In this document: piece by piece, positions 47,597 to 54,952 of the stretch | Position numbering within the stretch: the stretch's first letter is position 1 | Layout of the letters: each line of letters opens with the position of its first letter | Assembly: GCA_963756075.1 (NCBI GenBank) | Contig: CAVWMH010000002.1 | Coordinates: 327,422-391,421, forward strand | DNA length: 64,000 nucleotides | Reading direction: 5' to 3' | DNA from: Candidatus Dormiibacterota bacterium | GTDB lineage: Bacteria; Chloroflexota; Dormibacteria; Aeolococcales; Aeolococcaceae | Notes under the pieces: model-generated | The model's input: the letters and a program-made list of their open reading frames with translations, nothing else | What the model was told of the DNA's origin: nothing | Database searches by the model: none | Program-made: the position numbers and the translations under genes

Positions 47597-48168
47597 CCAG
47601 GAGCGAAGTGTCCGACCGCGAGATCCTCGATGCGAAGGTGCGGTCGCTGCCGGCGTTGAGCGAGCCCGCGACCACGGCGCTCCTGAGCAACGTGCGCACC
47701 AACGGCAGAGGGCCTGCGCTCGACGAGCTGGTCGAGCATCAGCTTGCCGGGATCATCGAGCTCGCGGAAGCCCGGCGTGGCAAGGGCGTCGAGGTGAGCG
47801 ACCTCACCCAGGAGGGGACGATCGCCGGTGTCGTCGCCGTCCTGGAGTACGCCGCTCAGGGTGGCCCTGCAGAGGGGCTGGAGAGGTTTGTCGGCAGGCT
47901 CGTTGCGTCGCACATGGACGACACCATCGAGCTCGCGGCAATCGAGCGCGCCGGCGACGAGGCGTTCGTCCGCGACACGGAGATCTACGAGGCCGCGGAG
48001 GTCCGGACCCGTCACGAGCTTGGGCGGAGCCCCACCGTCATTGAGCTCGCCGCCGAGCTGGGCTGGCCCGAGGAGCGCGTGTCGATCGTTGGCGCCATCC
48101 TCAATGAGGCGAGGGCCCGGTACGACAGCGAGATCGTCGAATATCTCGACGACATCGACGAGGAGTAG
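47593..48168 (+). CDS. degenerate sigma-70-like protein (regions 1.2-3.0 only, no region 4)
   Basis: ATGA overlap with the SRPBCC gene. 'LVEHQLAGIIELAEARRGKGVEVSDLTQEGTIAGVVAVLEY' is co-linear with sigma region 2.1-2.2 ('LIEANLRLVVSIAKRY.GRG..FLDLIQEGNLGLIRAVEKF'). 'HELGRSPTVIELAAELGWPEERV' is co-linear with region 3.0. The protein ends at 191 aa with an acidic tail. Confidence 0.6.
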   Translation: MTRSEVSDREILDAKVRSLPALSEPATTALLSNVRTNGRGPALDELVEHQLAGIIELAEARRGKGVEVSDLTQEGTIAGVVAVLEYAAQGGPAEGLERFVGRLVASHMDDTIELAAIERAGDEAFVRDTEIYEAAEVRTRHELGRSPTVIELAAELGWPEERVSIVGAILNEARARYDSEIVEYLDDIDEE

Positions 48169-48179
48169 GCGCCGGGGCG

Positions 48180-48383
48180 CTACACGTTGGCCTGGTAGGC
48201 CTGACGCAGCCAGTCGACCACTGTGTCGTCGATGTCATCGGGCGAACGCAAAGCGATGCGGACGTTGACGTAATCGTTGCCGAGCCCTGGCGCAGCGAGC
48301 AACGGCCCTCCGGGGTCGACGCCGGGGAGGCGGAGACCGACGTCGAACTCGATCACGCGTTGTTGGCCCGACCCTCGACTCAT
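48180..48383 (-). CDS. small hypothetical protein (67 aa) translationally coupled to dinB
   Basis: The ATG forms an ATGA overlap with the dinB stop, and codon third positions are G/C-rich. I cannot assign a family with confidence. Confidence 0.4.
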   Translation of the reverse strand: MSRGSGQQRVIEFDVGLRLPGVDPGGPLLAAPGLGNDYVNVRIALRSPDDIDDTVVDWLRQAYQANV

Positions 48384-49606
48384 CGGCGAAGGTCGTCGCC
48401 ACGCCAGTCGAGGTCGCGCAGCCCCTCACCGGTGCCGCGACGGATGGCGGTCTGGCCGAAACGCTGCCGCAGCCGGTCTAGCGTGTGGTCGATTCGGTCG
48501 TTCACCGGCCGGTCGAACAGGTCGAGCTGGGGCGCATCGGCGAGCCCGGTCACGCCGACGCCGAGCAGACGGACGGCCTCACCGGACCACGCCGTGTCGA
48601 GCAACGCGAGCGCCGCATCGCGGACGGTGGTATCCGTCGCCGTGGAGGAAGGGAGTGTCTCCTGTCGCGTGATCGTGGTGAAGTCGGAGTACCGGAGTTT
48701 CAGGGTGATCGTTCGAGCCGTCCAGCCTCCGGTGCGAAGGCGGGCGCCGACGTCGCTCGCAAGCTCGGCGATGCGCGCGTGCAGCGCATCACGCTGGGCG
48801 ACGTCACGGGCGAAGGTCTCCTCTCGGGAAACGCTGCGCGGTGCCCCAGGAATGGTCACAGGTGCCGTGTCGATCCCCTGCGCGCGTTCCCACAGCGAGC
48901 TGCCGGACGCCCGGCCGATTCGCCGCTGCACAGTGTCAAGCGGCAAGGCCGCGAGCTGCCCGAGCGTTGAGATTCCCAACCCGCTCAACGCCCTTTCGGC
49001 CGCCGGTCCGAGCCCGGGTAGACGGCGAAGCGGCAGCGGCGCCAGAAATGCCGCCTCGTCGCCGGGTTCCACGACCACGAAGCCGCGCGGCTTGCGCAGG
49101 TCCGACGCGATCTTGGCCACCGTCTTGCACGTCGCAACCCCGAACGAGGCGTGCAGCCCGCTGGTGCTGAGGATGCGGTCGCGGATCTCCTCGGCGATGT
49201 GCTGCGCCGTGCCGAATCGGCGGGTCGAACCGGTCACCTCGAGGAAGGCCTCGTCCAGCGAGAGCGGCTCGATGAGGGGCGTGTAGTCGCGAGCGATGTC
49301 AAAGACCGCTTTGGAGGCGTCTCGGTAGGCGCGGAAGTCGACCGGCACCACGACGGCCTGTGGGCACATGCGTAGCGCTGTGCGCAGCGGCATGGCCGAA
49401 TGCACGCCAAACGCGCGTGCCTCGTAGGACGCGGCGCTGACCACGCCGCGGCTCAGCTGTGCGGTCCCATCGCCGGACGGTGCGCCACCGACGATGACGG
49501 GGAGCCCACGCAACTCGGGACGTCGCAACTGCTCGACGGATGCATAGAAGGCGTCGAGGTCGAGATGGATGATCGCGCGCTGCGTCACGTCCGCGCCCAC
49601 CGGCAC
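48380..49606 (-). CDS. dinB: DNA polymerase IV (Y-family translesion polymerase)
   Basis: 'AIIHLDLDAFYASVEQLRRPELRGLPVIVGG' and Y-family similarity over the full length. GTG start. Confidence 0.93.
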   Translation of the reverse strand: MPVGADVTQRAIIHLDLDAFYASVEQLRRPELRGLPVIVGGAPSGDGTAQLSRGVVSAASYEARAFGVHSAMPLRTALRMCPQAVVVPVDFRAYRDASKAVFDIARDYTPLIEPLSLDEAFLEVTGSTRRFGTAQHIAEEIRDRILSTSGLHASFGVATCKTVAKIASDLRKPRGFVVVEPGDEAAFLAPLPLRRLPGLGPAAERALSGLGISTLGQLAALPLDTVQRRIGRASGSSLWERAQGIDTAPVTIPGAPRSVSREETFARDVAQRDALHARIAELASDVGARLRTGGWTARTITLKLRYSDFTTITRQETLPSSTATDTTVRDAALALLDTAWSGEAVRLLGVGVTGLADAPQLDLFDRPVNDRIDHTLDRLRQRFGQTAIRRGTGEGLRDLDWRGDDLRR

Positions 49607-49612
49607 GCGGAT

Positions 49613-49864
49613 TCAGCTGCCGGTGTGCTGCCTCCATTCATCGATGTCCGCCTCACGCACGTAGCCTGCGCGAATCATCAGCTCCATATATGGAACTGCG
49701 AGATGCGGTGCGGCGCGACGCAACACCCACGGCGGTGGATTGTCCTTGTTCTTGTTGACGCTCTGATAGAAGTAAATCTGATTCAGATCGCACAGGAGGG
49801 CGAGCCGGTGCAAGGAAATCCCCCTCTCCGCGCACCGTTCTTTGATGTACTCCTTGAACTCCAC
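49613..49864 (-). CDS. XRE-family helix-turn-helix protein (83 aa)
   Basis: 'IKERCAERGISLHRLALLCDLNQIYFYQSVN' is an HTH_3-type motif. GTG start; the stop lies 6 nt before the dinB start. G+C is markedly lower than in the flanks. Confidence 0.7.
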   Translation of the reverse strand: MEFKEYIKERCAERGISLHRLALLCDLNQIYFYQSVNKNKDNPPPWVLRRAAPHLAVPYMELMIRAGYVREADIDEWRQHTGS

Positions 49865-49866
49865 GC

Positions 49867-50628
49867 TTAGTCCAAGTATATGCCCATGTTCCGCAGCGCA
49901 CCGGGCAATTCACGAAGCGCCGCAATCACCGCATCGGCCGCGCTGGAGCCACGATCGCCAGACCTGCGGAGGAGCACAGCACGCATTCCTGCTCCATGCG
50001 CGCCCGCGATGTCGACGTTCTCGCTGTCACCCACCATGACCGTGCGATCCGCCGCGGTCCCGAGTGACCGAAGCGCCGCATCGAAGATTCGCGACGAGGG
50101 CTTGCGCCAGCCCACCTCGGCGGAGAAGGTGACGGCATCGAGGTGCGTGTCGAGGCCGAGATAGGCCAGCTGCGCGCGAAGCGACTCGACGCGGTATGGC
50201 GCGTTCGAGCAGAGCCCGACCCGGAGGCCTTCATCGCGGAGGGTGTCGAGGAGCGGCACCGCCTCCGGGTCGAGATGCGCCCCGTGCCACCAAGCCTCCT
50301 GCTCCGCCCGCAACACCTCGTCAAGGAGGACGGGGTCGAGGTCGAGACCGGCATCGGCATAGGCGCGCAGGGACGCCGCCGCGACGTCGATCTCCGCCAA
50401 CTCCCCGCTTCGTTGGTGATCGACGACCTCTCGCTCGACCCGGTCCTGGATGGCGCGAACGGTGGCCGGCGCCGGACCGGCTCGCCCAGGTGGCGCCAGC
50501 AGGGTGAGAATTCGCTGCTCCGCCTCGCGGAGCGCCTCATCGGGCCGGGTGAACTCGACCAGGGTCTCGCCGTAGTCGAAGAGGACACCGCTGATTCGGT
50601 GTGCTCGCCCTCCCCCGGCACTGCTCAC
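49867..50628 (-). CDS. HAD-superfamily hydrolase (subfamily IA-like)
   Basis: ORF 49867..50895 trimmed to the GTG at 50628 (GTGA overlap with the upstream stop). Motif I 'GVLFDYGETL', 'GLCSNA' and 'MVGDSENVDIAGAHGAGM'. Confidence 0.8.
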   Translation of the reverse strand: MSSAGGGRAHRISGVLFDYGETLVEFTRPDEALREAEQRILTLLAPPGRAGPAPATVRAIQDRVEREVVDHQRSGELAEIDVAAASLRAYADAGLDLDPVLLDEVLRAEQEAWWHGAHLDPEAVPLLDTLRDEGLRVGLCSNAPYRVESLRAQLAYLGLDTHLDAVTFSAEVGWRKPSSRIFDAALRSLGTAADRTVMVGDSENVDIAGAHGAGMRAVLLRRSGDRGSSAADAVIAALRELPGALRNMGIYLD

Positions 50629-51032
50629 GCGGGCGCGCCACCCCCACCGGCACCGCCGCCGCGACCGCCGCGACCGCCGCGTCGTTTCCGACCGCCCTGC
50701 CAGCGTCGCTTCGGACGCTTGGCGGTGGTGCGCGGCGCCGGCGACAGCTTCTCGAGATACGCCGCGCCGGGATGAGGCTCGCTGGGATGACCGGCACGAG
50801 CGCCCGGGGCGGCGGCAACCCTCGCCTCGTACTCGGCGACCACCGCCTCGAGCGGGCGCTTGTCGCTCGCCGGCGGTGCCGCCGTCTCCGCCCATGGTTG
50901 CGCTTTGGGACTGGCCTCGGCACCGAGCATGTCGCTGCCCGGGATCTCCGGCACGGCATCGAGGACGGATTCGATCGCGCGCGCGATCAGGCGGTCCGCC
51001 TCAACCGGGTCCTGCAGCGGCCCGTCAGACAT
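50625..51032 (-). CDS. hypothetical protein with C-terminal Arg/Gly-rich (RGG-like) basic tail
   Basis: ATG at 51032 overlaps the upstream NUDIX gene end. The C-terminus reads 'KRPKRRWQGGRKRRGGRGGRGGGAGGGG'. The gene is wedged between two coupled genes. Confidence 0.5.
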   Translation of the reverse strand: MSDGPLQDPVEADRLIARAIESVLDAVPEIPGSDMLGAEASPKAQPWAETAAPPASDKRPLEAVVAEYEARVAAAPGARAGHPSEPHPGAAYLEKLSPAPRTTAKRPKRRWQGGRKRRGGRGGRGGGAGGGGAPA

Positions 51033-51600
51033 CCGACGCCATCCAGCCGGCAAGACCCAGTCCGGCAATCGTCTTCACGTCAACCTCGCCGGCGCGGATC
51101 AGAGCGGTGATCCCTTCGCGATCGAATCGCTCGACGTCCATCCGCTCGTCGATGTCACGGTTGGTCGGGCCGTCGGTGAGACCGGTCGCCAGGAAGAAAT
51201 GCATCACCTCGGTCGAGTAGCCGGGGGTGAGCGGTGCAGTGGCGAGCGGACTGATCTGGGAGGCCCGCAGACCCGTCTCCTCGGCGAGCTCTCGCGCGGC
51301 AGTTCGTGCGGGTGTCTCGTCGCTGTCCCGCGTGCCCGCGGGCAGCTCCCAGAGGGCGCGGCCGACGGCGTGGCGCCACTGCCGGACCAGGATCACCCGC
51401 TCGCTGTCGTCGATGGCAACGATCGCCACCGCGCCGGGGTGGGCAACAACCTCGCGCTGCGCGCGAGTCCCGTCAGCAAGGCGGACGTCGTCCTCGTAAA
51501 AGGTCAGCAGCCGCCCCTTGTAGATGTTCCGCCGCGACGTCCGGGTCTCACGGAGGTGCTCCGTCGCTCCCGGATCGCTGGAACCCGCCTGCGCGCTCAC
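51025..51600 (-). CDS. NUDIX hydrolase, ADP-ribose pyrophosphatase-like
   Basis: 'REVVAHPGAVAIVAID...' followed by the Nudix box 'LPAGTRDSDETPARTAARELAEETGL'. Architecture is NudF-type. Confidence 0.85.
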   Translation of the reverse strand: MSAQAGSSDPGATEHLRETRTSRRNIYKGRLLTFYEDDVRLADGTRAQREVVAHPGAVAIVAIDDSERVILVRQWRHAVGRALWELPAGTRDSDETPARTAARELAEETGLRASQISPLATAPLTPGYSTEVMHFFLATGLTDGPTNRDIDERMDVERFDREGITALIRAGEVDVKTIAGLGLAGWMASDV

Positions 51601-51627
51601 CCGCTGAGTTTGACGCCGCTGGGAGCT

Positions 51628-52197
51628 TTAGGCGCAGGACCACTCGTGGGCCTGGCCGTGGGCGAACATCTTGGCGGCGATGTTCGCCTGTGCCACGGGG
51701 TCCCAGATTGTTGCCGCCGTGCCGCCGTTGGCGATGAAGGTCGACATCAGGAACTGGAACACCCCGATGTACGGACCGCTCCGGTTGACGGAGTTCCAGT
51801 GGAAGTGCAACTCGCAGTTGGCGGTCCTGAGCATCCACGAGACGCTCACACCCCAGTGCTCTGCGGCTGCCGTGATGTCGGCAACCACCTGCGCCTGACT
51901 GACCGAGAGCCCTTTCGGGACGACGAAGCCCGGCCGGGACACCCGCGCGCGGCGCGGTGCGGCCGGTTTGGGGACGGGCGTCGCAATCCTGATCGGCATG
52001 GCCGATCGAACCCGGAGCATCACCGGGTGCGTGACCACGTTGGTGAGGCGGTCGATCTCACCGACTGACGAACGGACCAGCGAGGCGGATGCGGCAGCCC
52101 CCTGGGACGGCGTGGTGATGAGCACCGCGGTCGCAGGTCCAGCCACCAACATGAGGAAGCCGAGAACCAGTCCACGTGCCCGCTTGGGTAAATGCAA
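51628..52197 (-). CDS. secreted transglycosylase-like (Rpf/Sps-type) domain protein
   Basis: TTG start preceded by AAGGAG, then an N-terminal signal/TM segment. C-terminal 'ANCELHFHWNSVNRSGPYIGVFQFLMSTFIANGG...AQANIAAKMFAHGQAHEWSCA' fits the Rpf-type C-E...G(L/V)xQF...W.C pattern. Confidence 0.72.
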   Translation of the reverse strand: MHLPKRARGLVLGFLMLVAGPATAVLITTPSQGAAASASLVRSSVGEIDRLTNVVTHPVMLRVRSAMPIRIATPVPKPAAPRRARVSRPGFVVPKGLSVSQAQVVADITAAAEHWGVSVSWMLRTANCELHFHWNSVNRSGPYIGVFQFLMSTFIANGGTAATIWDPVAQANIAAKMFAHGQAHEWSCA

Positions 52198-52382
52198 GGC
52201 GGATCACTCCTTGTTTGGTCGGGCTCCGGTCATCGCTCCCCTGACCGGGCTTGAAGCGGCTCGACCCCACCTGCCCCTCTGGAGACTCTCGTCTCGACGA
52301 CAACGTGGCGACCTGAGCCGCGCCGGACCGTACCACAACGGGTACCGACGCCTGCAACCTGCTCAAACCGAGCGAACGCTTC
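52198..52382 (-). promoter_or_regulatory. 185-nt structured 5' leader of the Rpf-like gene (candidate riboswitch, class unverified)
   Basis: An unusually long intergenic gap for this window. On the minus strand: a GAGAC-GAGA-GUCUC hairpin, a CCGGUCA-GGGGAGCGA-UGACCGG hairpin, a GUACC/GGUAC hairpin, and a 7-bp long-range pairing GCGGCUC...GAGCCGC. Confidence 0.3.
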
Positions 52383-53090
52383 TCACCAACCGGTGGACGC
52401 CCCGATCGAGCAGGAGGTCGGGGCCGCGTTGAGCACAACCGGGACGTCCGCGGACAGGGTGGATCCGTCCTGCCAGACGAACTGCTCGGAGCCGCCGCCG
52501 AGGATCACCCCCGCACTGTTCTCGCACACCGCGAAGCCGACCACCGCTACGCCGGCGACGACCGCGGACGAGGGCGTGAGGATGGCGCGCACCTCGCCGT
52601 AGCCGTGGGCCGCATGGCACGGTTGGCACGCGTATCGAGCCGGGGCGGTGGTGAAGATCGGCCCGATGCTGGTCGACCACGAGCCGACGGCGACCGTCGC
52701 AGCCACGCTCGTCGCGCCGTTGCAGGCGTCGGTGCAGTCGGCCGTGACAGCCAGGGTCTCGCCCGGTCCCAGGTTCACCGCCACCGAGTCGAGCGAGCCG
52801 AGGGTCCTGCCCGACCGATGGGTCACGAAGTGCACGACCACCGACGCCGCGCCATGGAACATCGCCAGGTTCTTGAGCCTGGCGACCGGTATGGCAGCAA
52901 GGTCGAAAGTTCCGATGCCGATTCCAAGCACGCCGACCGCCATCGTGTCCGGGGGCAGTGGCGTGGCTGAGGGGGTCGGCGTGGCCGATGGCGACGGCGA
53001 ACGGCTCGGTGTCGGCGTGGCCGCCCCGGAGCACGCCGACAGCAGGACCACGGCCACAGCCGCAAGCCAGACAAGGAGGCGCCTCGACAT
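52383..53090 (-). CDS. lipoprotein of unknown function
   Basis: ORF 52383..53303 trimmed to the ATG at 53090. Lipobox 'VVLLSACSG' and a Pro/Ser/Thr linker 'TPTPSRSPSPSATPTPSATP'. Confidence 0.6.
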   Translation of the reverse strand: MSRRLLVWLAAVAVVLLSACSGAATPTPSRSPSPSATPTPSATPLPPDTMAVGVLGIGIGTFDLAAIPVARLKNLAMFHGAASVVVHFVTHRSGRTLGSLDSVAVNLGPGETLAVTADCTDACNGATSVAATVAVGSWSTSIGPIFTTAPARYACQPCHAAHGYGEVRAILTPSSAVVAGVAVVGFAVCENSAGVILGGGSEQFVWQDGSTLSADVPVVLNAAPTSCSIGASTGW

Positions 53091-53181
53091 CGTCACCCAT
53101 CCTAGGGAGAGTTTCAGCCGCAATCGGCGCGTGACAGAATTGACATTCAGATCAATCGCTCGGCCAAGGAGGCTGCGGTCA

Positions 53182-54324
53182 GTGCATTTCTCGGCTGAGC
53201 ACGACGCACTCCGCGAGACCGTGCGTGATTTCGTCGCCAAGGAGCTGCGTCCCCACGCCGATGCCTGGGAGGCGGCGGAGGGCTTTCCGGACAGTGTCTT
53301 CACGCGGATGGGTGAGCTCGGCCTGCTTGGACTGCGCTACCCGGAGCGGTACGGCGGCCAGGGAGGCGACTACTTCAGCGCGATCATCCTCGCCGAGGAG
53401 ATGGCGCGCTGCGGTTCGGGCGGCGTGGGCATGGCGATCAGCGTGCACACCGAGATGGCGACGCCACCCATCCTCAAGTGGGGCACGGAGGAGCAGAAGC
53501 AGCGTTACCTCGTGCCTGCGATCCGGGGAGAGAAGATCGCCGCCCTCGGCATCACCGAGCCCGACACGGGGAGCGACGTCGCCAGCATTCGCACGCGGGC
53601 GGAGCGCGTCGACGGCCACTGGCGGATCAACGGCAGCAAGCTCTACATCACCAACGGGGTCCGCTGTGACTTCATCCTGCTGGTCGCGCGCACCGGCTCG
53701 CAGGAGGACGGCGCGCACGGGATCACGCTGTTCCTTGTCGACAAGAACCTTCCCGGGTTTTCTGTCTCGCGCAAGCTGAAGAAGCTCGGCATGCACTCGA
53801 GCGACACCGCAGAGCTGTCCTTCAACGACGTGGAGGTCGGCGACGACGCGGTGCTTGGCGAGGTCGGTCAGGGCTTCTACAACCTCATGTGGGAGCTTCA
53901 GGGCGAGCGCCTGATCGGCTCGGCGGGCTCGATCGCCGGGGCGGAGGTCGCATTCGAGGAAACCCTGAAGTGGTGCAAGGAGCGCGAGGCATTCGGCCGC
54001 CCCATCGCGAAGTTCCAGGTCAACCGGCACAAGCTCGTCGACCTCTACACGGAGATCACGGTCGCCAAGAACTTCGTCTACAGCGTCGCCGAGCGATGGG
54101 ATCGCGACGAATACCCGGTCACGGAGATCTCGATGGCGAAGCTCCTGGTCGGACGCGTCACCTCGCAGGTCGCAGACACGTGTCTGCAGCTCCACGGCGG
54201 CATGGGGTACATGGCCGAGACCGGCATCTCCCGCTACTTCCGCGATTCACGGCTCATCCGCATCGGCGGCGGCACCGACGAGGTGATGAAGGAGATCATC
54301 GCCAAGACGGCGCTGGGGTTGTGA
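53182..54324 (+). CDS. acyl-CoA dehydrogenase
   Basis: GTG at 53182, 8 nt after AAGGAGG. Full-length ACAD similarity ('ITEPDTGSDVASIRT', 'KLYITNG', 'QLHGGMGYM'). Confidence 0.93.
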   Translation: MHFSAEHDALRETVRDFVAKELRPHADAWEAAEGFPDSVFTRMGELGLLGLRYPERYGGQGGDYFSAIILAEEMARCGSGGVGMAISVHTEMATPPILKWGTEEQKQRYLVPAIRGEKIAALGITEPDTGSDVASIRTRAERVDGHWRINGSKLYITNGVRCDFILLVARTGSQEDGAHGITLFLVDKNLPGFSVSRKLKKLGMHSSDTAELSFNDVEVGDDAVLGEVGQGFYNLMWELQGERLIGSAGSIAGAEVAFEETLKWCKEREAFGRPIAKFQVNRHKLVDLYTEITVAKNFVYSVAERWDRDEYPVTEISMAKLLVGRVTSQVADTCLQLHGGMGYMAETGISRYFRDSRLIRIGGGTDEVMKEIIAKTALGL

Positions 54325-54370
54325 TCCGCTGATCGGGCGACCCTCGCCGTGGGCTCGAGGAAGGGCCCCT

Positions 54371-54952
54371 TCAAATCAACCCGACGGCTCGACGTGCGCG
54401 CTCGGCGGCGGGTCGTACCGGGCAACCGGCGAGGTGGTCATCGACCACGCCGCATGCCTGCATGAGTGCGTACACCGTGGTCGGGCCGAGGAAGCGAAAG
54501 CCTCGGCCCTTGAGTTCGCGCGCAAGGGCTACCGCCTCGGGTGTCGTCGACGGTACGTCACTCCACGTCGCCGGTGGCCGGCGCCGTGATGCCCGTGGAT
54601 CCGGCCGGAGGAGTGAGACCAGCGGCTCGCCGGCGATGCGCAGCTGCAGGATGGCGCGCGCATTGCCAATCGTCGCCTCGATCTTCGCCCGATTGCGCAC
54701 GATGCCGGCATCGTCCAGGAGGCGCTTGACGTCTGCGGGATCGAAGCGTGCGACGGCATCAGCATCGAAATTCGCGAATGCGCGGCGGAAAGCGTCGCGC
54801 TTGGCAAGAACGGTCCGCCAGGAGAGCCCTGCCTGGAACGCCTCGAGGCTCAGGAGTTCGAACATCGCACGCTCATCGGGGACCGGAAAGCCCCATTCGG
54901 TGTCGTGATACCGCTCGTAGAGGGGATCACCATCGCCGAAACACCGTTTCAT
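54371..54952 (-). CDS. tag: DNA-3-methyladenine glycosylase I
   Basis: ORF 54371..55042 trimmed to the ATG at 54952 (ATGA overlap with the ligase stop). 'DPLYERYHDTEWGFPV...LSLEAFQAGLSW'. Confidence 0.92.
   Translation of the reverse strand: MKRCFGDGDPLYERYHDTEWGFPVPDERAMFELLSLEAFQAGLSWRTVLAKRDAFRRAFANFDADAVARFDPADVKRLLDDAGIVRNRAKIEATIGNARAILQLRIAGEPLVSLLRPDPRASRRRPPATWSDVPSTTPEAVALARELKGRGFRFLGPTTVYALMQACGVVDDHLAGCPVRPAAERARRAVGLI

Noticed and set aside
49865-49960. LexA/SOS box or Cheo-box upstream of the HTH-dinB unit.
   Set aside because: No TCGAAC-N4-GTTCGA or CGAAC-N4-GTTCG palindrome is present. The closest string (GGAACATGGGCATATAC) lacks the second half-site.
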